DNA of 63,995 bases, counting the filler, from Porpidia crustulata (lineage: Eukaryota): assembly GCA_964255105.1 (NCBI GenBank). It is 7 parts of 7 records of this genome, joined end to end, with 100 filler letters (N's around TTAATTAATTAA, not from the genome) between each part and the next. Parts side by side here need not be neighbours in the genome. Positions count along the whole stretch, not along the records: positions 46,407 to 55,567 come from CAXUWE010000981.1; positions 55,668 to 63,995 come from CAXUWE010001134.1; 5 more parts are not named here. One strand, 5' to 3'. Below, in pieces: positions 54,539 to 63,995 of this stretch (positions are counted from its first letter, which is position 1; every line of letters begins with the position of its first letter). Position numbers and translations under genes: made by a program. The notes below the pieces were generated by a model. The model was not told where the DNA came from. It did no database searches and worked only from the letters and a program-made list of their open reading frames with translations.

Positions 54539-55259
54539 ATGACTCCTGCCAGCTACGATCCATTAGCCGTTCCTTCCAAAGAGGAGACAAGAAGAGTGGC
54601 GCCCATAAATACTTCTCGAGAGGGAGAAATCCTTCCAACCCACAATCCTCCACCTCAACTTCTAGAAAAACTTCCACCGCCTCCCACCGACGACTCCGAA
54701 GACATTTTCGACGGCATAGCTACCTGCATAATCATTTACGCCAAATTCTCCTTCCTCGCCATGTTCATCATCGGCTTCCTCCAGGGAGTCATCGGAACCT
54801 CCAATTGGCCCGGCGGCGCCGTCGTCCAAGACAGCCTCCCCCACAACTGCACCTGCCTCCCAAACCGCCGGGACGCCTGCGGGCACCCCATCGAGGCTCT
54901 TTGCCGCACGGGCTTCTGGCAAGATATCTTCCGCGTCCTCGGCCAGTACGTCTTTACGGCGCTTGTTTGTCTGTGGTGGAGCTTTGTGGCCGCATGTCTT
55001 CGAATCCGCCAAATGGAAGACCACCGCCCCATTGCCCGCTTGCCTATCTACTGGCCCGACGTTTTCCGGAGGGCGGGTTGGCCTCGGGTCATGCTGCAAT
55101 TCGGCTCCGCCTTCGTGGTCTGGATGATAATGTATGGAGTCGACAAGGCCGGATCGGCAATGCACGATAGCACGTGCTGCGTCGGTAAGTCCTCTTTCCT
55201 TCCTTTCGATATGACCACCTAGAACAGGGGCTAATCAGTAGCGATCAGGCCGCTCCTGA
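54539..55259 (+). CDS. Hypothetical small membrane protein (~3 TM, Cys-rich loop)
   Basis: ORF with three hydrophobic segments and a CTC..C..C loop. A GTAAGT..CAG intron at about 55185-55248 leads to TGA at 55257-55259. Confidence 0.5.
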
Positions 55260-55567
55260 GCCGTCGAGCCATCGACCCCCCCTCTTCTCCCCTCGGCAAT
55301 CGCCCTCCTCCCCTTGGCAATTTTCTTTCTTTTCGTCTGGTGTATAGGTTTTATTCCATGTGGAGCTCGGTGTTCTTGGTGGGCTGGTTGGGGGGGGGAT
55401 TGAGTCGAGGAACCGTGGTGTAGACTAGGCGTTCAGGACAGGTAGATACTGTTGGGTCGACAACATTAATTATTGAATTGGAATCTTTTCTGAATTGACA
55501 CAGACACATCTGCTTTTACTGCATCGATATCAACATGATATGTACACCTCCTTCCCAACCCCTTCCT

Positions 55568-55667
55568 NNNNNNNNNNNNNNNNNNNNNNNNNNNNNNNNN
55601 NNNNNNNNNNNTTAATTAATTAANNNNNNNNNNNNNNNNNNNNNNNNNNNNNNNNNNNNNNNNNNNN
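55568..55667. other. Artificial contig linker
   Basis: N44-TTAATTAATTAA-N44. Confidence 0.98.
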
Positions 55668-56455
55668 GCTTTAGAGCCGGCATCGGATTTTCATTGGCAT
55701 TTCACACTTTGGTAAAATAATTTCCAAAACATGTCGATGTTTTAGGCAAGTGATAAGCTGTTTTTGCCGACCTGTCTTAGATTGCTGCTTTTTTATAGTC
55801 TTTTACTATTTTGAAGCTCGACTTGTTCTATTGATAATTCACATGGGTTGACATTTGATCAAAATCGAAGCCGTCTGTTTTGAGATTCCAAATAGATAAG
55901 AGAGGTTTTTCCTTATATTCAAAAGAGGAAATGAAATACCTTATCTTTCGTGTTGTCATCTTGTCAAGGTTTTCTAACTACAAGCGATAATATCAGTTCC
56001 TAATTACGGCAGAGGATCTATATCAGGGGTACATCGTACCTGGAATCTTTCGAGTCTCCGTATCGGCAATTGACTGCTGTAGATAGGCTTTGTAATTGGT
56101 TTGTTGTCTGGAGAATTAATTCGCTGTGATTTCTCAATCGTCTCAATGCTGGAAAAGGCTTGATGGTGCACTTGTAGTGTTAATATCTTTAGACCGTCAA
56201 TGATCTATTACCGTCTCTAATCTCGTTCAAATCGCCATTTGGTATGACTATTTTTTCTTTTTTACATTGAAGTGCTATTTCTATCGTATAGACATGGAAA
56301 AAGTCTCGAATCCATAAATACTTGGAGAATCTTTCGAAAAGCCATACAAAGTCTTAGGGACGAAGTTCGAAGTTCTTACGTGTCATGCCTGCTGTTGCTA
56401 GTCACCGGTCTGCGTCTCGTCACTCATAACGTTTCTGGTGGTAGCTGGCTGCGTT

Positions 56456-59400
56456 TCAGCTGCCAGTGCTGTCTTTTCCGCCGTCGTAGGTTTTGGAGAA
56501 CTTCTGCGCATCGTCTCTCGTGCTTGCGGACTGCGCGACTGCCGCAAAAGGATTATTTTCATTGGGCCTGTGGCTGGTCTGAAACGGATCGGGGAAAAGG
56601 CTGCCCGTTTGCGCCGGTTCTGCGGGTGTAAGAATGCTTGATGCAGTCGACGTCGTCGACTTGGACGTGCTGATGACCCTGGAGCCGAAGGCCGGGCTGG
56701 TCGATGCCTCTCTAGACGCGCCGAAGGGATTGCTTGATACTGTCGCCGTCGTCGGCTTAGACGTGCTCGCAGTCTTCGTGATGACCCCGAAGCCAAAGGC
56801 CGGGCTGGTCGATGTCTCTCTAGACGCGCCGAAGGGATTGCTTGGTAGAGTCATCGTCGTCGGCTTCGACGTGCTCGCAGTCTCCGTGATGGCCCTGGAA
56901 CCAAAGGCCGGGCTGATTGATGTCTCTCTGGACGCACCGAAGGAAATGCTAGCGGTAGGCATCCGCTTTGTGACTTCGAACGTATCATGGCTGGTAGAAG
57001 CAGTGACGTTCGTGCCAAACCCGTCTCTCGGCGTGGAAGAGGATGTCCCAAATCCGGAAAAACCGGTCGCACTTTGCAAAGGCGCGCTCTCTGTAGACCT
57101 CGCTATTGTGCCAAAGGCAGAGCCTGTCGTGGTCGAAGACGATGGCTGCACTGCTGCCTTGGAAAATCCTGTGGCAGTGGTCTCGGGAATTTTGGTGCTC
57201 CAAGGTGAGAGGTTTGTACCAAAGGAATAGCCTGTAGAACTAACCTTCGAAGTGTGATCATTGACAGCTATGGTATTAGAGCCGAAGAGGCCGCCCTTTG
57301 ATGAAACTCTTGGGACGTCACTATTGGAAGATATGGCATTTGAGCCAAACAGGCCTAGGGACGAGGTTTTGGGTGTGGGAGATGCGTCATTGAAACCAGG
57401 GAAAACGCCTACCGTCGATAAGGGTTCGGTTGATTCGAGTAAATTGCTCCTTGAAGGGGGTTGGGTGGATACGTTGTTACCGGAAGGAGCCGGGTTTGAA
57501 CCAAATGAACTGCCCCCGGAGACTCCATTCTCTTTTGAGAATAACCCGATTGTCTCATTATTGCTTCTCGAGATGCTATTGGTGGTAGAGGAGCCGAAGT
57601 TGGTAAAGCTCGAGACTACAGACTCTTTTCTAGCATCGTTAGTCCCAGTGTCGCTGCTTGTCCCAGCGGTTGTTGCTACTATCCCTTTTGTTCGAGGTGC
57701 AGATGCCCTGGCGAAAGCAATCCCGACCGCCAGCATTGGATGCGTTAAGGGCTTCACAGGCCAAGTGTGTGCTATAAACTCCAACTCTCCATTTTTCCTT
57801 TTCGTCTCGGGGTCAAGATAGATATGCATGCCCGTCTCATCGCCTTTACCCAGATTGAAAATACGACAGATCATATAGATGCTCGAACGGCTTTTGCCAC
57901 CCTCAATTCGCTTGTCCCGAATCTAGTACCGTGTGAGCGATTTCAAGCCTGAATGATAGAGGGCCTTACATGTCGTTTCTGGGCCTTACTCATGAAGAAA
58001 GGTTCTTGCCAGTCTGGACTCGTGATTGTCTTGATCTCGATGTGATACAGGGGTCTCGTGCTATCCCACAACCCTTGTGCTAGATATCCCTTTTGGGTCA
58101 AGAATTGGGTGAGCCCACGTGAATCATCTAGGTACTCAATATCAGCAATGGCACTTCGATCATTGCCTCTCTCGAGCCTATGATAGTCGGCGTGTATCTT
58201 GACTCGGTCTCTGATCTCGCTCTTCCAGTTCTCCAAACCGAATTTTGGCAGACCGAGTCCCTTCAAGTATTCGAACATATAAAGTTCCCCAGCAGCTCCA
58301 ACCTTGAAATCCCGTTCTTGCGTGCGAGTTGCGAAAGCTTCTCGAATAATTCCCTAAGGCAATGCTGTATTGACCGCTGGACCCGGAAAAGAGGCCCCGT
58401 TCGACTCGAAAACGCCACAATGTACACGTTGTCTTGCAACATTGACGACATGTTCGAGGATGTGCTTGTAAGCTGTCTCCTGAGCCTCTCTCTGCCGGTC
58501 CTGATATAAGGGGTTCGACATGATCTTATCGCGTACGTCCTCCGCATTTTCACTTCCGGATTGCCTTTCTCCGCGTCTCGCCCAGTCAACGGGTGTGAAC
58601 GCACGTGGACCAGGAATTGGAGTGGAAACCCTGATATTGCTGGTAGCCTCGACCAGAATCTCAAAGTCAGACCCAGCTTCTGACGCCCCAAGCTCTTCAT
58701 CCAGAGCAGCAAAGTCACAATCAACTTGACCCACTCCTGCGTTCTCGAGGATTTTGTCTATAACTGCCGGGTTGTCTTTCCGAAATACGCCTCCAATAAC
58801 GCCTGGTGCACCTGAATCAGTGATACTCAAGAATGTACACAATCTTCGAGGAAGGTCGGATTCGAAGCAAACATCGCGTTCAACCTCGTCCTTCGGTAAG
58901 TAGAATCGCAGGGCACCTTCTGCTTACTCAAAATGTAGGTTCGCTCGGCTTAATGCGCCCTCAATGCTGCGTCCATACTGCGTGATCTGCAGTGAGCGTC
59001 TGATGCCGTTGCTCACGTAGACCAACGCGCGCTTGAACTTTCGATATAGCGAGGCTACGTCCTGTCTTTTGTTTAGGCTAGTAAAATGAAAAGCACATCT
59101 GTACTAGTGTCAGCCATCTGAAGCCTCATTGCTATTTCATGTTTCTATCAAGGTCCTATGACGAATGACATACCGGACAATAGCCTGACTTTTGATGCGG
59201 AGATTTCTGGTCGTCTCATGATCCTGGGAGCCTCCCCTTACTTCTGTGACTTCTTTCACAAGTTTCGAAGATTACCGTTCTCCCAAGCCCATGGCTAGGA
59301 GAAGTGGTCTGGTATCCCTGATTTCTTCGAGAGAAAAGTCCAAAATCACGATTTTGCCCTTAAAGGCATCCCAGTGAATGGTATTTTCCGGAATCGCAAA

Positions 59401-62400
59401 ATCTACGAAGTCATCCTTGGAAGAAGCTGAGGCGAAGCTGCCCACCCCATTTGCAAGCTTTATTGGTAAGACTTTAGCCTTGACAAGGCTCGAGAGATCT
59501 GTTTCTCCGACACCCATCCCGCAAATCAGTGTCATAGTCTCCTTGATTTGCGCTGCTGATGCTATTCCTTTAGCCCCAGCTTTCAGTGAATCAATGTACA
59601 TCTCGACGGTTGGCTCCGAAATCTCGAGGACTGTTGTGAAGAATGTCTTCTTCAATGGATATGCGTCAGCAATGGAAATTTTCCACGGAATCTTAACACT
59701 CGACTCTACCCAGACGCATTGCGACGGACGGCGCCAAGCGTTCTCTTTTGGAATGTACACCAAGGCGGAGTCTTCGAATATAGACTGCAAGGCGTCTTGG
59801 CTTTCGAGGTTCTCGCCATTTGTCAGGATCGAATGCTTCTGCCACAGGTAATCGTATCGCTTCTCAGCTTCCTCCATGATCTTATCAATTTCGAGTCCAG
59901 CGAATGCTCTTGATATACAGACTGAGGTCTTAGTGCTCAGTGGTTTGCTCCCTGTATTATAATCTTTTAGACGGAGCTCCTTTCAAATGCAATTAGTAAA
60001 GTCTTGTTCGTCAACGGCAAGATCTGTTTACCTCAAATGATTGCTTTTCATATGCCTTCATGAACTAATGCTCTGAAAATTCTCGGTGGGGCCAAAACCT
60101 CCCTCTACTGAAGTAACTTGATATGGCGCGCCGACGGTTCCAATGTTCGGTCGAGTGTAGACGGTGGATTGGCTTCCTAAGGCATTCTTATCTCCACTCT
60201 CGCTCTTCAACATGAGCAGATCATTAACGACATCTATTTGAGAAGCATCGGGAGTTCTTAGAGACACCTTGAAAAGATGCTCAAGATCAAGGTAGACCTC
60301 GATTTTCAAACACTGCTTTGACTTGAGCCACTGCGGACCATCCCAAACACAGTCTGTAATTGGAACCCAGGTAGAGTCGATCCTGTTTGATAATTGTATC
60401 CAGATGATAGGATGCCTGAACGTATCACTAAATACTCGTTAGTCGGGAAAGGGGCCAAATTCTACAGAAGCATACCGAACATGATCAAGACCTTCACTAC
60501 ATTTCGACTGAATGTTCTGGTATATCCTAGCCAATTGGTGTTTTGCAGAAGTAGTGCTGAGCGCAGGGTTGACTGTTTTGAACGCCTCCAGGGCAGAGAT
60601 GTAGAAGTCCAGACTCTCCTCAATTCCGACTTGCAAGTCCTTTACAAATATCCATTCTAATCTTTCCTCATCTCGAAGAGGCTCGGATATGGTAATGAAA
60701 GGACATGCGTCGACAACATGGAGCTCCGCAGCGATTTGCTTAAGCTTGGGCAGGGGCAGGAATGTGCGTAGTAGAGGTGTCCTGCGTCCATTTTCAAGAA
60801 GCACAGCGCTGTTCCGCAGCTCTCCCTCCACGAAATTGTTGATCTGAGGGCGATAGTATGCCCATCCACGCTTTAGAGTTCCTAGCAGCATATTCGATCG
60901 GTGACTAATGATATACTGAAATTCTTTCGACAGTCCACCATAGCCTTTGGCACGAAGCTCGGGTATTCGGCGGACCCCGACTATTTCTTCAAGCCATTTG
61001 ATCCACGGCCGACCGTTGTGCAGAACTTTAGGATCAACCGCCTTCAAATAATCTTCATGTAGATAATTTACCGGAAGGCCAGAAAGCTGGGCATTATGTT
61101 TGAAGAGTTTTGATGGGCCGTAGTCATCTCCTTCCTCAGGAAAGTACAGGTATTGGTCTTTTCTTAGTAGAGAGCCGTTCTGATTGGCAAGTCGGGCCTG
61201 CGGAGCCAAGCTCGAATGGTCTTTCGGAAGGTAGTAATACAAATATCGGATGTGAGCAACAGCATTGACCACTGTGAAGTTGTCAAGGTTTGTAGCACTG
61301 TAGCGTTTGTAAATCAACTCGATCACAGAATTTGGTGGGCAGTTCATCACGCCTAAATTTGAAAGAAGATCTACCCAGGCAGCATTCTTGGCAGCCATAG
61401 GGCAGACGAGATCGAGGCCGATATCTGCAGGAATAGGAGTACCATCACTTTTGGGGAAGTATATTTTGGTCCGAGAAACGCTGGATACCCATTTGCCGTC
61501 ACGCAATGGAATCAAGACAAGCTTTCTCAAGCGCGTTTGGTGACTGAGGGAGTTCTTAATGAAGGCTCTTGAAAGTACCTTGCAGATCCGAGTACGCCAG
61601 TCGTCATTTTCCATCATAAATCTCCATTTCGAGCCGTCCGGGGTGCGGAGATCAGCGTCTAGACGGTCAATAAACTTGTCCCACTTAAGTATTGTTGTCT
61701 TCCAACGTTTGAGTATCTGGAAGTCTGCTTCTGTGTACTTCGGTGAGAGGTAAATTTCTGCACCTTCCAGATCCGGTAACAAAGGACCTTGATCTTCGGC
61801 GATAACACTTTCGGACAGCTTCTCGAGGTCCGAAGGCTTGTAAAGACCATTACCGTTCCATGGCTCTAAAAGGGGAGTCTGCTCGAGCTCCTCGCTAACC
61901 AAGGTCCACAGTGTCCTCCAAAACTCATCTGCAATGGAATCATCAGGAAGGTATCTCATCCACTGATACCTAAGCGATGGATGCTTGCAGAAAACCACCA
62001 CGGCATCCTTAAATGCTTCGGCGACCCCTTTCAGAACAGCTTAGTTCCTTTTGGAATGTACAACATCTTCCCGATTGGCTTGAGTGACGAAGTCAGCTTG
62101 GATTAAAAACTTGAATCCTACTCGACGCAAGGGCAAGAAAGCGTAGGTATACTGCTGCTTGAGGACTGGCTTATCGTGCTCATCCACCGGAAAAGCGAGA
62201 ATGACTTTTGCCTGGTCAATGCTGTTTTTTTGCCTGTCTATTCTCGCCTCGTCGAAAGGGAGATTGTGAAGGTCCCTCTTGATGGAATGATATCTTCGTT
62301 ATGAAATTGACTCTTTATTGCCCTTGCGCGTAGTCTTTGCAAGGAATGTCGTGTATAGCCCATCTTCTTCGGTTTCTCGTTCCGAGTATTGTGTGGCCGT

Positions 62401-63157
62401 AGGGGCATTGCCTGGTTGGCATATCTCTATAGACAGTCGCTGTAACTGAGTCAAGAACATCAGGAAAGTGTCAGGGACGTCCCGGAATTCGGAAGCCCGC
62501 TCCTCGAATTTGGTAGAATCTAAGAGCGTCAATGTCATACGCGTGCGCACACCCATTGGAAGCTCTTCAGCGTCCTCATAGTACGGTGTGATCATGCCCA
62601 GGCCATCGTCATCGTCCTCTCGAGTATGCGAAAAGGCAAAAGAGAACGGCCCGGACTGAATGTGCACCTCCCGTACAATCTTGAATACGGACTTGAAGCC
62701 AATGCCCTTCTCACCGATATATCCTGCACTGTGCTTCTTCGTAGATTTGCCAACGGCGCAGATGGCTCTGATGTTGCTTTCGGAGAAGCCATCCTCATTC
62801 GAGTCAATGATGATTCTATGTGGATAGAGTTTGAAGGCTAGAAACGGCTCTTCACCGTCCGCCGTCGCTGTAAGGTACGAGTTGTCTTCAGCGTTCTGTA
62901 TGAGCTCATATAGAAAGCGAGTTTCTTTCGAATAGAGATTATTGACAACACTGTAAAGGTCAGTCGGATTCTCTAGATGCAAAGGTGTGATACATCTTGA
63001 TAGAGTCCGCGAGCTGTCTTCGTGTGTTTTGCAATGCTCGCAGCGCAGATGCCCGATTAGCAACTAGAAAGGCCCGGTCCTCCACCGTGATGCCGCCATT
63101 GACTTCCCTTACTCCTGTGATGATTTTGCGAGCCCCTTCTTGGGAGAGATTCGACAT
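56456..63157 (-). pseudogene. Sacsin/NO VEIN-like GHKL ATPase + C-terminal DUF3883-type PD-(D/E)xK nuclease, with internal GLEBS motif and FG-rich tail; disrupted
   Basis: GHKL motifs ELIQNAEDN, NEDGF and IGEKGIGFKSVF; FLIQADF..NRE; nuclease-like GAAGELY..ADIEY..HIEIKT..FFMS..Q..RIF. Five in-frame stops and one frameshift; exons are otherwise collinear across five introns. Confidence 0.82.
56640..56955 (-). repeat. 108-bp (36-aa) tandem repeat x ~3 in the FG-rich tail
   Basis: Unit (S/P)FGASRE.S.SPAFG..I..TASTSKPTT...SN. DNA copies start near 56685, 56793 and 56901. Confidence 0.85.
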
Positions 63158-63835
63158 CCTCAAGAGCAGAATTTGACGATGAGAAATGCTTAGTTGATAA
63201 TGCTAATACACGATCAACCCTATTAACGAAAAGCCAAAAGCAAGGACGACGATGAGATCCAAGTCTGTAAGTTCTCTGAAACGGCGAGCAAGGCTGAAAG
63301 AAAGGGACCAGGCAGGTAGAGAAGACAACCCATCGCAGGGGGTATATGCGGTCTCCTAAAGCCGCGTGCGAGCCATCTTGACAGCCTCATGCAGCTGATG
63401 TGTGTGATAGATACAGAAAAGGGCGCAGTAATTCCGCTCTGTACACTCCGTTCTGGCGTCTCTGGGCGGGTAAGATGATTCCAGTACTGTGGGATTGAAA
63501 CCCCCCAACCCCTTTGCAACCAAACATCCAATCTCCCTCCTCGACCACGATCTTAACCAATCGACCCGCACTCTCGCTGCGAAGTAAAATCATAACCCCA
63601 TCTGCCAACCCGTAACCCAAAATGCTCTTCCCGCCCTCCAGTTCAAATATCACTAACAAAACAAAAAAAAAATCGATCCAGTAGGTAATTGAGTAGAATT
63701 CCTGCTAAGCTACATAATTTGTGGCTAATTATTCCTTCTCGCTTAGAGGCGAAAATGATGATGCAATCAGCTAGTTGCTTCTTGATTAGTAAGCAAGTTT
63801 ATATAAAAAAAGAAAGCGAGTTCACGAGCACTTTA

Positions 63836-63995
63836 TGTAACGGTTGTTCTAATAACAACACAACATATAAACAGAGATACAAATGAGTAACGAACTCTTA
63901 TAGCTACTAGACTTGCAGGTCTGGGAATAGCTTAGACAATAGAACTGATTGTATTGACTATTACATGAGTTGAGCACGAAGCTCCTATCTAAGGG
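63836..63995. mobile_element. Possible LTR edge (retrotransposon or solo LTR) running off the window
   Basis: AT-rich segment starting TGTAACGG (reverse reads ...CCGTTACA), a terminus typical of fungal gypsy LTRs. No second end or TSD is visible. Confidence 0.25.

Noticed and set aside
56634..57821. Plus-strand ORFs of 198 and 186 aa with repeats
   Set aside because: Antisense shadows of the S/T/FG-rich tail and its 108-bp repeat.
56456..60150. GLEBS + FG region as the organism's genuine Nup98/Nup145 gene
   Set aside because: No autoproteolytic or Nup96 region is seen, and the GLEBS and FG parts are separated by, and collinear with, sacsin/NOV-type sequence.
58354..62301. Premature stops in the ATPase-nuclease gene as A-to-I editing sites or stop-codon reassignment
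   Set aside because: Fungal A-to-I rescue mainly converts UAG to UGG (Trp). Four of the five stops are TAA, their contexts suggest Q/E/Y rather than W, a frameshift is also present, and other genes here use TAA/TAG as normal stops.
63223..63659. Short minus-strand ORFs upstream of the ATPase gene
   Set aside because: No recognisable motifs or consistent exon structure, so a gene call cannot be supported.

Overview
Filamentous ascomycete (Pezizomycotina-type) genomic DNA with short GT-AG introns and CTRAC/CTAAC branch points. The window is not one locus. It is seven contigs joined by artificial 100-nt linkers (N44-TTAATTAATTAA-N44). The five complete contigs decrease in length (9195, 9177, 9171, 9163, 9161 nt), so genes in different contigs are not physically linked. 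Recognisable genes: Ted1/PGAP5-like metallophosphoesterase, Clr5-domain protein, cysteinyl-tRNA synthetase, DHA1 MFS transporter, CYP65-like P450, VPS9-domain GEF, Atg15 lipase, a WD40 fragment, a Caprin-like RGG protein, KDM4/Rph1 demethylase, a Pth11-like membrane protein, BBP/SF1 (MSL5), GH5 endoglucanase, phospholipase D1 and an alpha/beta hydrolase. There are also three pseudogenes (malic enzyme, HOL1-like MFS, sacsin/NOV-like ATPase-nuclease) and a TA-flanked foldback MITE. Three observations stand out. (1) The sacsin/NO-VEIN-like GHKL ATPase-nuclease gene carries an internal Nup98-type GLEBS (Rae1/Gle2-binding) motif, hidden by an intron and a frameshift, plus a GLFG/FG-rich tail. (2) The BBP/SF1 gene has a long intron packed with branch-point motifs, a poison alternative 3' splice site and a hairpin, which looks like an autoregulatory switch. 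(3) An intronless orphan protein is built from two copies of an unrecognised helical + C4 zinc-ribbon module. All calls come from reading the sequence; no database searches were run.
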